Source: Carpediemonas membranifera BICM (taxonomy: Eukaryota; Protista; Fornicata). From it: DNA of 64,000 nucleotides. The notes under the pieces are model-generated. The model made no database searches. It saw only the letters and a list, made by a program, of their open reading frames with translations, and was not told the DNA's origin. The translations under genes were made by a program, and so were the position numbers. Location: the NCBI GenBank assembly GCA_019828565.1, contig JAHDYR010000003.1, positions 124,001 through 188,000 on the forward strand. Direction: 5' to 3'. The stretch's first letter is position 1, and the number at the start of each line of letters is the position of its first letter. Shown here in pieces: positions 11,201 through 23,200 of the stretch.

Positions 11201-14200
11201 CTCGTGCTTGCTGAGGACGCCGCGCTCGGCATCGAGCTCGGTCTCGTCGTTGGCGCGGGTGGTCTTGAGGGCCTCGTTCGCGATGGCGGCGTTGGGGTCG
11301 ACGACCTCGCGGCGGATAGCCTCCTCGTTGACGTTCGACATCAACTCGGACAGGCCGGTGTGCAGCGCCTCGAGCTTTCTCCTCGAACTCGGCGACGGCG
11401 GCACCATGCTCGTCTGTGCCGGCGTGGTACAGCGCGATCTTCCCGAGCTGGCGCTTGAGTGTCTGCTCGACGTCCTCGAGGTTGGCCACACGGTCGGTCT
11501 GGCCCTCCTTGAAGCGGGAGCGGGCGGCGGTCTCAGCGGCGATGACCTGCTCGGCGTGGGCGATCTCGGCCGCGGCGTGCTCGTTGCTGACTCCGTTGAC
11601 CGTGGTGAGGGAGGCGGGGGTCGCCCCGGTCGCCATGACATGCTGGACGTCGTTGATGCGGTTGGCCATGTTGTTGCGGTGCTTGGCCATGACCTGGACC
11701 TCCTGCGAGCGCTTCTCCGCAATGGAGCTCCGCTTGGCAGCAAGGTCGCCGTCCACCTCGGCGCGGATGTCGTCGAGCTCGCGGCGGATGGACTGCAGCG
11801 CGCTCTGGTGGTTGGCGACGACAGTGGCCTGGTCGTTGGCGGTCTCCAGGCCCCGCTGGTACTCGTCCTCCGTCGCCTTGACGCGGGCAGCGAGCTGGTC
11901 GGCGGTCTCGACGGCGCGGGCGAGGTCGGCGATGTAGGAGTCGATGGCCTGAGCCTCGGCGCTGTCGATGCGGCGGATGTCGGAGCCGGTGAAGGCGACA
12001 GCGGAGCCCTTGGCGTCCACGGCGCCGCCGACGGCCATCATGGGGCCGAGGACGGGGTCGTCGTACATCTGGCCGAACGCGATCGGGACGCGCTGCTTGC
12101 CGCGGAGGGTCTCGCCGGCGACAGGCTCGACGATGCCGTTGGCGTTGATGCGGACGCCGGCGACGGGCATGAGCTTGCCGTCGACCATGGTCTGCGCGCC
12201 CTCGGTGATGGGCACGATCTCACCAGAAAGCGGGTCGCGCATGGTGCCGCCGAGGGCGACTGCGCGGCCCGTGTTGTGGTCGATTGTCGCGGCGAGCACA
12301 GGAACGGACATGCCCGTGACGGGGTCCGTGATCGTCTTGCGGCCGGCGTCCGAGAAGAACGCGTCGTTGTCGGCAGGGACGGAGACGGGGCCGACGCTGG
12401 GTAGGTAGGGCAACAGCTGACCGAGGGGGGCATCCTGGGCCTCGGCAGACGAGTTGTACAGCGCGGTACGGGCCCGGCGGTGGAGGGACGTCGCGCCGAT
12501 GGTCGGGAGGACGGACTTGGTCGCGGGGTCGACGACGTAGAGCTGGTAGTTGTCCGTGCTCACGGCGATGTCGCCCGCGTGGGTGCGGACGGTGGTACCG
12601 GGGGCGGGGTGGAAGAGGCCGGTGATCTTGTCCTCGATGACGACGTCCGTAAGCGCCCGGAGACCGCCGTCGGTGTCGGTGATGAGCGTGGGGTCGACCA
12701 GACGTCCGCCGACGCCAATAAGCTGGCCGCCCTTGACATCGATCTTGCGGCGCTTGCGCTCAGCCTCGGTAGCCTTGCGGAGACTCTCGAGCTTCTTCTT
12801 CGCCTCAGTGGTGCTGGGCAGGCGGTTGGTGTCGCCGCTCTCGACTGCGCGCTTGAGCTCCTCGAGCATCTGTGTGTGGAGGTCGACGAGACCGTGGTCG
12901 GCAGTCCTGAACTCCTTGTCGAACTTGCGGCGCGTGGCATGCTCGTTGTCGAGCTCGGCCTTGGCGCCCTGGAGCACCTTAGAGTAGCCGCTGGACAGCT
13001 CGCGGCGCTTGGCCAGGGGCTGGGCGACCCTGGGCTGTAGGGCCGCGACGTTCTTGGCTGGCATCATGCCGCGGTTAACGGCACCGGCGACGACACCCAT
13101 GCGACCGGCAAGCATCTCGCGGAGGTTTGTGGTCTCCTCGACGATGGCGTTGAAGATCCGGTCGGACTCTGACCTGTGGGCGGCCAGCTGGGCGGCGACG
13201 TGGGCGCTCTGGTCGTCGAGCTTGTCGTACAGGGTCTTGACGTTGAAGCCCTCGAGGTCGACCTGCCTCTCGTAGTCCCAGAACTCATCCTTGTATGCTT
13301 CCCAGTCGAGTGACTTGCCGTCGCTGCCGAGCACACCGGCCTCGTCTGTTGAATGGGCGGTGGCCGAGAAGTCGTGGGTCTGGCCGAGTCGACGGTACTT
13401 GGGCCGGGTCTTATCGATCTTCTGCCACGTCTTGCGGTTGAACCACCAGGCTGCGATGACGAGGATGATGACGAAGACGACGACGGTGGCGACGATGCCG
13501 ATGATGAGCGGCCAGTAGGTGGCGAGGATGAGGTCGCTGTGCTGGGCGATACCGAGCTCGACCAGGGTGGCTGCGGTGGTGTACGCGACCCGTCTCTCGC
13601 TGGGGCAGGCCACAGATTCGCCCATGACGGTGATGAGCAGGAGGTAGTCGGGGTTGTTCGAGTCGGCGAAGGTGTACGTGCCGGGCTCATTGAACGAGAA
13701 GCCGAAGGCGGTCACATTCGCGTAGTCCTGCTGCATGGCCTGTGCGAGCTGACGGAACACGCCGTAGTCGAAGTCGTCGTTCGTGTTGAACAGCGAGTCC
13801 TTGACGTACTCGGGGTAGTTGCCCGCAGACACGTCCCACACAACGCCCTCGTAAAGCTCCAGGCAGACAGTCGGCTGGGTCACACCGCTCGGGTCAGACG
13901 CGCTGATGTGGTCGGCGTCGATCCGTGCGGTGGGGGCTGCCGATTGGGCGATACCGAGGTCAGCCTCAAGCTGGGCGTCGACGATGGGCAGGGCCTTGCC
14001 GCGGTACGAGTCGGCCGAGGAGGGCGGGTCGTTGAACACGGAGGTCCAGTAGTCGACGTCGGGGTCGACCACGCCGATGAAGCCCTTCGTGGCGCTCATA
14101 GCCACAGCCTGGAGTGAGCAGCCGGCGGATGAGCTGTCGCTGCAGCCGAGCTGGGAGGACTCGAACCAGCCAGCCAGACTGCTGAACGAGAAGGTGGTAG

Positions 14201-17200
14201 CGTTGCCGCCCGATGACTGGAACACGATGGCCGTGCGGTCGCTGTTGGTCACGGCGAGGGTCGTCGCGGCAGCCAGGCACGTGCTGTTACAGATGGACTC
14301 GACGCTCTGGAGGCCAGTGCACTCGCAGATGCCTGTGTCGGCATTGAACTCACCAGTGCCAGTGGAGCAAGCAGAGGCGCAGGCGGAGGTGCTGGCTGAG
14401 GCAACACAGGCGCCATAGGCGTCGCGGGAGTAGCCAGTGTCGCAGCGGCTGTAGACGATCTCCTGGCAGTCGACAGTGGAGTCGCCCGTCATCACGTTCT
14501 GGGACTGGTCGTAGTACTCGTAGCCGGGCGAGCAGACGCAGGACCCGTCGGACGTCTGGAAGGCGCGGTTGGCGCCCGTGCACGTGCAGACGGTGGCCCC
14601 GGCCTTGGAGTACGAGGACGCGCCGCACGGGCTGCACTTCGAGGCGCCGGCGACGTTGTTGTACGAGTCAGCCTCGCACTCGGTGCATGCCTCAAGGGAC
14701 GTGCCGCCCGCGGTCGACCGGTAGGTGCCGGTGGGGCATGCGCTCGTCGTCGTGGCGCCGGCCAGGCAGTAGTACCCGGCAGGGCAGACGTAGCCCTTGG
14801 TGCCGTCGGTGGGGTTCGACACGCCTGAGCCCTCGAGGCAGATGTAGCCTGCGTCGCAGAGGGCCTTGGTCAGGCGGGCCTCGTCATTGCAGTAGTAGCC
14901 TGCGGGGCAGATGATGCAAGCCGAGTCGAGCGAGGCCTTGTCGTTGGTGGTGCTGTCGGGGTTGTAGTAGTAGCCGAGCGGGCAGAGGGTCGGCGACTCG
15001 GACCCCTCGGGGCAGTAGTAGCCCTCGGGGCACTCGTACTTGTAGATGACAGTGACGTCGTCCTCGTCGGTCTCGGGCTCGCAGTAGTAGCCAGCAGGGC
15101 AAGTCACACAGTCGGTGCTCGCGCCAGCCTTGACGCCGTCGAAGTAGGTACCAGAGGGGCACAGGATCGGGGCGGGTGTCGCCTCGGGGCAGTAGTACGA
15201 CTGGGCGCACGGGGACGTGGCGAAGTCGGACATGCCCACGGCATCACAGAAGTAGCCGGCCGGGCAAGTCAGGCAAGCGCTGATGTTAGTGGCGCCCTCG
15301 ACGGGGTTGTATGAGCCTGTGGGGCAGTCCTGGGGGTCCTTGTTGTATGGGCAGTACATGCCAGGGCTGCACAGGGAGGGGGAGTCGCCCGTGCACTCGT
15401 AGCCGGCGATGCAGGGCTCGCACTCGTCCTCGGAGATGGCGCCGGTGCTGAACGACCACATGTTCTCGGGGCACGCCACAGGGTAGTCAGTGCCAGAGGG
15501 GCAGTAGTAGCCGAGCGAGCACATCGAGCCGGAGGGCGTCGGCGTGGCAGACCCACCCGAGCAGTAGTACCCGGCCGTGCAGTTGGCCGTGACGGAGCCG
15601 TCGGAGCAGTAGCTGCCGGCGGGGCATGAGGCGCACTGGCTGGCGTCGTCGAGGCCGGTGGAGGTCGAGTAGGTGCCGGCGACGCACATCAGGGGAACAG
15701 AGGTGCCGGTCGGGCAGTAGTAACCTGCGGGGCAGACAGTCGGCGTGGACGCGCCGTCGCGGCAGTAGTAGCCCGCGGTGCACGTCTTGCAGGTGGCCTG
15801 GCCGGTCGAGCTCTGGTAGTAGCCGTCGGCACATGCGATGGGCTCGTCGGAGCCAGCAGGGCAGTAGTTGCCGACAGGGCACTTATAGCTCGAGGGGTTG
15901 GGTACGCTCGACCCAAGGTTCTCGGGGCAGTAGTACCCGGCGTCGCAGGTGCCAGTCGGGGCGCTGAGGCCCTTGGAGCCGCAGTAGTAACCCGCAGTGC
16001 AGGCGCCGCAGTCGTCACGCTTGTGCCGCCAGTGCTGGGGTTCATGGTCCCAATCGGGCATGCCGTGGCGGCAGAAGAGCCCAACCTCGCAGTAGTAGCC
16101 AGCGGGGCAGGGGACGTTACCGGCCTCGTCGTCGGGCATGTCAGACTCGGCGCCGCCAGGGCAGACGTAGCCGGCCTTGCACTGGCCAGTGGGGGCGGTG
16201 AGGGCCTCGCCGTTGCAGGCGTAACCCGGATCGCACTTGGTGCAGCTGCCGGAGCTGGCCAGGCCGGTGGAGTTCGAGTAAGTGCCGGCCGGGCAGTGGT
16301 GCTCTGTGGCGGCCTCGGTGCCGGTGGGGCAGTAGTAGCCGGCTGGGCACATGTAGTTGGTATACGCTGTGGTGGCCCCAGGGCAGTAGTACCCGGCCAC
16401 ACATGTCTTGCATAAAGTCTGTCCGGCGGTGTCCTGGTACGTCCCAGCAGCGCACGGGGCCGGGGAGGTAGACCCGGCCTCGCAGTAGTAGCCGAGTGGG
16501 CACTTGTTGCCGGTCGTGCCGTCAGTGGGGGCGGATGTGGAGGCACCCGCAGAGCAGTAGTAGCCCTCGGCACAAAGCGAGGCGTACGTTATCTGGCCCT
16601 CGGTGTCGCAGTAGTAGCCGCCGGGGCAGTCAAGGCAGTCGGCGAGGGAGCTGCCGCCCTTGGTCGGGTTGTAGGTGCCCGTGGGGCAGGCCGTCTCCTC
16701 GTAAGACCCGGCCGGGCAGTAGTGGCCCTTGGAGCACTGGCCCCCGGTGATGCCGTCCGTCGGGTTGGTGATGGACGCGCCGCCGATGCAGTAGTAGCCG
16801 GCGTCACAGTCGGCGTTGGCTACGGCGAGGCCCTCGACAGTGCAGGCGACGGCCTCCTCACAAGCGGGGCAGTCGGCTTCTTCGCTCAGACCGGTGTAGT
16901 TCGACGCGGTGCCAGCGGGGCAGGGGTGTGCTGTGCCGGTAGTCGACCCGGCAGGGCAGTAGTACCCGGCGGGGCACTCAGTGGGGTCTACCGTGCCGAG
17001 CTCGTCGCAGTAGTAGCCCGCGGGACAGGACTTGCATGTGCTCTGGCCAGTGGCGTCCTGGTATGTTCCAGCTGTGCAGGCGGTCGCCTCAGATGATCCG
17101 GCGGGGCAGTAGTAGCCAACCGGACACTTGTCTCCGGTGATGCCGTCGGTTGGGTCGGGCACAGACGCGCCGGTCTCGCAGTAGTAGCCGGCCGAGCAGG

Positions 17201-20200
17201 ACCCTGTGACTGTGGTCTGGCCGGTCCTCTCGCAGTAGAACCCGCCGCTGCAAGGGGCGCACTGGGATGCTGACTGGCGGCCAGCGGCCGTGCCGATGGT
17301 GCCGGGCGGGCACTCGGTCGGCACTGCAGTGCCCTCCTCGCAATAGAACCCGGTCGTGCAAGTCTTGGCGGCGTCAGAGGGAGTCGTCGCGCCCTCTTCG
17401 CAGTAGTAACCAGCGGTGCAGACGTCGTTGGGCGCAGTCAGACCAGTGGCCGAGCAGACCTGGCCAGCAGGGCACAGCAAGCACTGATCTTCGGCCTGGA
17501 GGCCCGTGGTGTCAGAGTAGGTGCCAGCCGGGCAGGGTGTGGCAATTGTGCTGCCCTCCTCGCAGTAGTAGCCGGCGGGGCAGACCGTACCGACGTCGAG
17601 GCCGGTGGTGGCACACGTGTAGCCGCTGGGGCAGGGTTCGCACGTTGACATTCTCTTGTCGGGCTGGAACGTACCGGCCTCGCAGGCGACGGGGGACGTC
17701 GAGCCGGCCGGGCAGTAGTGACCGACAGGACAGATGTCTCCGGTGGTGCCGTCGGTGGGGGTCGCAGTTGACGCGCCACCAAGGCAGTAGTAGCCGGCCA
17801 TGCAGTCGCCAGTGCCTGCTGCCGAGTTGATGCCCGTGGAGGCGCAGTACTTGCCGGCGGGGCAGTCCGAGCAGTCCTCTGGGCCCTCACCGCCGGTGGA
17901 CGGGTTGTAAGTGCCGAGACCGCATGGTGTAAAGGTGCTGGACCCCTCGGGGCAGTAATAGCCAACGGGGCACTCAGCTCCAGTGACCTCGTCAGTCGGG
18001 GTCGTCGTGGAAGCACCGCCTGTGCAGTAGAAGCCGGCAGCGCAGTCTCTATCAGGCGTAGACAGGCCGGTCGTCGTGCAGACCTTGCCAGCAGGGCACG
18101 GTGCGCACTCGTCCTCGGCCTGGAGGCCGGTGGTGTTGGAGTAGGTGCCGGCCGGGCAGGGGTTCGAGTACGGCAGGGAAGTGCCAGCGGGGCAGTAGTG
18201 GCCCGCCGGGCAGATGAGCGCAGCAGACATGCCCACAGCGTCGCAGTAGTACCCTGAGGGACAGGTGTCGCAGGTGCTCTGGGCGACGTCGGGCTGGTAC
18301 GTGCCGGGGTCGCACTCCTGGTAGGTGGTCGACCCCGAGATGCAGGCAGACCCGGCGGGGCACTCATCGCCTGTCATGCCGTCCGTCGGCGCGGGTGTGC
18401 TTGCTCCGCCAAGGCAGTAGTAGCCTGCGGTGCATGACCCCGTGACTGAAGTCAGTCCTGCAGTCGCACAGTACTTGCCTGCAGGGCAGGAGGTGCATTC
18501 GCCGCTTGTCTGCAGCCCAGTGGCTGAGCTGTAGGTGCCAACGGGGCAGTCGGTGCCGGCAGAGGACCCGGCAGGGCAGTAGCGGCCGGCCGTGCAGACG
18601 TTTCCAGTCGCGCCGTCAGCCGGGGTTGACGTGGATGCACCGGACGCACAGTAGTAGCCGGCAGTGCAGTCGCCCGTGACCGCGGTGTTGCCAGTGCCAG
18701 AACAGTACTTCCCGGCGGTGCAGGCGGTGCACTCGCCGCTAGAGGCGAGGCCAGTGATGTTCGAGAAGGATCCTGCGGGGCAGGGGTTGTCGTAGCGGGA
18801 GTCCTGGCCGCTGAGGCAGTAGTAGCCTGCGGGGCACTCAATGCCGGCAGTCATCTCGGTGTTGGGGCAGTAGTACCCGGCGGGGCAGTCGGCGCACGTG
18901 CTACCGCCGCTGTTGGGCTGGAAGGTGCCCGAGTCACAGGGGACGGGCGCCGCAGACCCGGCCTCGCACATGGAGCCGGCGGGGCACTTGTCTCCGGTGA
19001 GACCGTCTGTTGGGGTGGGGGTCTTCGCGCCGCCCGAGCAGTAGTACCCGGCGGCACAAGCGCCAGTGACGGCGGCGAGGCCGGAGCTGCTGCAGTAGGA
19101 CCCGGCCGTGCAGCTAACGCAGGCACCAAGGTCGCCACCGGTGGTGCCGGAGTTATAGGTGCCCTTGGGGCATGCAGTGGGTGACGATGAGCCAGCGGGG
19201 CAGTACTTGCCGGCGCCGCAGACGTTTCCAGTCGTGCCGTCAGTCGGGGTGGACGTGGTCGCGCCAGACACGCAGTAGTAGCCGGCCGAGCAGTTGCCCG
19301 TGGGGGTGGCGAGCTGAGTGGTCTCGCAGTACTGGCCGGCAGTGCAGGGCGTCTGGAAGGACGACCCAGCGGGGCAGTAGTAGCCGATGCCGCACACGGT
19401 CGTGGGTGTCGCCGAGTCAGTGCCGGAGGGGCAGTAGTAGCCCTCGGGGCAGGAACCGCTGGGGGCAGTCAGCCCAGTCGTCTCGCAGTATGACCCTGCG
19501 GTGCAGGACTTGCACTGGGACTGGGAGGTGCGGCCGGTGGACGCTGAGAACGTGCCGGCAGAGCAGGAGTACTGTGTTGCCGACTCGGTGCCGGCAGGAC
19601 AATAGTGGCCGGCGGGGCAGACGTTGCTGGCGTATGTGGCAGTGCCCTCGGGGCAGTAGTACCCAGACACGCAGGTCTTGCACGTGCTCTGGCCGTCGAT
19701 ATCCTGGTAAGTGCCCGCGGCACAAGCAATGGGGGCACCCGTTGCAGTGGGGCACATGTGGCCTGCGGGGCACTCGTCGCCGGTCGACCCGTCGATGGGG
19801 TTCGGGGTTGTCGCGCCGCTGGTGCAGTAGTAGCCGGCCGAGCAAGGTCCGCTCACGGCGGACAGGCTGGAGCTGCCGCAGTAGTAGCCTGCAGTGCAGC
19901 TTAGGCAGGCGTCGAGGTCTCCGCCCGTGGTGCCGGAGTTATAGGTGCCCTTGGGGCATGCAGTGGGTGACGATGAGCCAGCGGGGCAGTACTTGCCGGC
20001 GCCGCAGACGTTTCCAGTCGTGCCGTCAGTCGGGGTGGACGTGGTCGCGCCAGACATGCAGTAGTAGCCGGCGGCGCAATCTCCAGTCGGTTCCGTCCGA
20101 CCAGTGGCGCCGCAGTACTTGCCAGCAGTGCATGGGGTCGGGGCAGAGGAGCCGGCCGGGCAGTAGTACCCCTCGGGACAGATGACTTCAGCCGCCGAGG

Positions 20201-23200
20201 AACTGCCGGCGGGGCAGTAGTAGCCAGCAGTGCAGTTTCCAGTGGGCTCGGTCAGGCCAGTCGTCTCGCAATACTTGCCGGCAGTGCAGGAGGTGCACTG
20301 TCCAGGGGCCGACCGGCCGGTGGACGCTGAGAACGTGCCGGCAGAGCAGGAGTACTGTGTTGCCGACTCGGTGCCGGCAGGACAATAGTGGCCGGCGGGG
20401 CAGACGTTGCTGGCGTATGTGGCAGTGCCCTCGGGGCAGTAGTACCCAGACACGCAGGTCTCACACTCGCTCTGGCCGGCCTGTTCCTGGTAAGTGCCCG
20501 CGGCGCACGGGATGGGGCTGCCTGACCCGGACACGCAGTAGTAGCCGGCAGGGCAGATATTACCAGTGGTGCCGTCGATGGGGTTGGCAGACTGGGAGCC
20601 GCCAGTGCAGTAGTAGCCCGCCGAGCACAGCTCAGTGGGTGTAGACAGCGAGCTGGAGCTGCAGTAGGACCCGGCCGTGCAGCTAACGCAGGCACCAAGG
20701 TCGCCACCGGTGGTGCCGGAGTTATAGGTGCCCTTGGGGCATGAAGTGGGTGACGATGAGCCAGCGGGGCAGTACTTGCCGGCGCCGCAGACGTTTCCAG
20801 TCGTGCCGTCAGTCGGGGTGGACGTGGTCGCGCCAGACACGCAGTAGTAGCCGGCCGAGCAGTTGCCCGTGGGGGTGGCGAGCTGAGTGGTCTCGCAGTA
20901 CTGGCCGGCAGTGCAGGGCGTCTGGAAGGACGACCCAGCGGGGCAGTAGTAACCAGCAGAGCACTGGGCACCAGTCGTATCAGCCGGCGTGGCCGTCTCG
21001 GCAGACCCGACACAGTAGTAACCCGCGGCACACTCCCCCGAGACATCTGTCTGGGCGGTGTTCTCGCAGTAGTAACCGGGGTCGCAGTCGGTGCAGGCGT
21101 CCAGCTCAGTGAGGCCAGTCGCCGCGCCGTATGTGCCAGCGGGGCAGCTGTAGAGGTGCGGGTCCGTCGTCGAGACGGGGCAGTAGTAGCCTTGGGGGCA
21201 TGGGGTCAGCGTGTAGTCGCCTGTGCCCGACAGGCAGTAGTACCCGGCGGGGCAGGCCGTACACGAGGTCTGGCCGGCCTGGTCCTGGTACGTGCCCGCA
21301 GCACACGGGACGGGGCTGCTGGTGCCGGTGGGGCAGTAATAGCCGGCGGGGCATATGTCGCCAGTGACACCATCAATGGGCGTGGCGGAGGTCGCGTTCT
21401 CTGTGCAGTAGTAGCCGGCCGTGCACTGGGTGCCGACAGCCTCCATGTGGTCGTCGGGGCAGTAGTACCCGCCGGTGCAGGGCTTGCAGTCGTCCGCGGA
21501 CGCCTGGTTGAGCTGATCCTGGTAGCCCCCGGCCTCGCACGGTTCGGGGGCGCTGGACCCCTCGGGGCAGTAGTACCCCTTGGGGCAGTCGCCGCCGGCA
21601 GAGTCGGCGCCGTAGGCGTCAGTCGCGCCACCGGGGCAGTAATATCCCTCCTCGCAGAGCAAAGTCGCGGCTGACAGGCCAGTGGTGGGGCAGTAGTACC
21701 CGGCGGTGCAGCTAACACAGTCATCGACGGACTGAGCGAGCGTGCTGGGGCTGTACGTGCCAGCGGGGCAGTTGGTGCCGCTAGACGACCCAGCGGGGCA
21801 GTACTTTCCGGCGGGGCAGTCGGTTGGGGTCGACGTGGTGCTAGCACAGTAGTAACCTGCCGGGCATGTCTTGCATGTGGCGAGGCCGGACACATCGGCG
21901 TATGTGCCGGCAGAGCATGGCGTCTGGACAGATGAGCCAGCTGGGCAGTAGTACCCAGCGCCGCAGATGTCACCCTCGCCAGAGGCGGCGAGCGGTGTCG
22001 AGGACGTCGCGCCGCCCGAGCAGTAGTAGCCCTCTGCACAGTCACCAGTGACGGCGGCGAGGCCGGTGGTCTCGCAGTACTTTCCGGCAGTGCACTCCAC
22101 GCAGTCTCCGAGGGCGTCGGCGCCCTGGCTGTTCAGGAATGTCCCGGCGGGGCAGGCGAGCGGGCTTGAGGTCGCGTCAGGGCAGTAGTACCCGGAGGGG
22201 CAGCGGTCGCCGTAGGGTTGGCTCACAGGCGCGGGCTCGGTGGAGGAGCCTGAGCAGTAGTACCCGGCCGTGCAGTCGCCAGTGGGTGTGTCGAGCAGGC
22301 CGGCCGTCTCGCAGTACTGTCCACCAGGGCATGCCGTGCACTCAGACAGACTGGCGAGCCCGCTGGCAGTGGCGTATGTGCCTGCGGGGCACGAGGTCGG
22401 TACTGGACCCGGCGGGGCAGTAGGACCCCTTGGGGCAGGTCTGGGTCGAGTCCATGGCCGAGTTCGGGCAGTAGCTGCCGGCGGGGCAGGGCAAACAAGA
22501 CCCTTGGCCGGCCTGGGGCTGGTACGTGCCGGGGTCGCAGGGGGACTCGGCGATGGCGCCCTCCTCAGAGTAGTGACCGACGGAGACCTCGAACTGGGTC
22601 GGCGTGGACGAGCCGCCAGTGCAGTAGTACCCGGCGGCACAGTAGCCTGTCGTGGCGTTCTTCTCTGAGCCGGCGCAGTAGGACCCGGGCGGGCAATCGG
22701 TGCAGTCCGAGGCGTACCGGGCGCCCGTGTACGGGTTGTACGTCCCGGCCGGGCAGTTGGTGCCGGTTGCTGAGCCCTCGGGGCAGTACTTGCCGACGGG
22801 GCAGGGGCCGCCGGTGGGCAGGCCGGGGGGCGCTGAGGTGTAAGCCGCTCCCACGCAGTAGTAGCCGCGGTCACAGAGGCCGGTGGCGGCCGAGAGCCCG
22901 AGACCATCGCAGTATGACCCGGCGGGACAGTCGATGCAGTCCTCAGTGGACTTCATGCTGAGGGAGTTGCCGTAGGTGCCGAGAGGGCAGGGCTGGGGCG
23001 TATAGGACCCCTCGATGCAGTAGTAGCCGTTCGGACAGGCGACTGGATCGGCTGTCGCAGTGGGGCAGTAGAAGCCGGAGGGGCAGATTGAGCATGCGCC
23101 AACCTCACCTGCACCGGTCAGGTTGCGGTAGGTTCCGGCAGGGCATGAGATCTCGGTGGACGCCGACGACCCCGCGGGGCAGTAGTAGCCCTCGTCGCAG

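Noticed and set aside
8525-12404. Long plus-strand ORFs (653, 740, 511 aa)
   Set aside because: Antisense shadows of the GC-rich coiled-coil coding region.
22410-22907. N-terminus of the 3932-aa ORF as an independent gene start
   Set aside because: Off-frame Pro/Arg/Thr-rich translation; the Cys-repeat frame here belongs to ORF 22342..26616.
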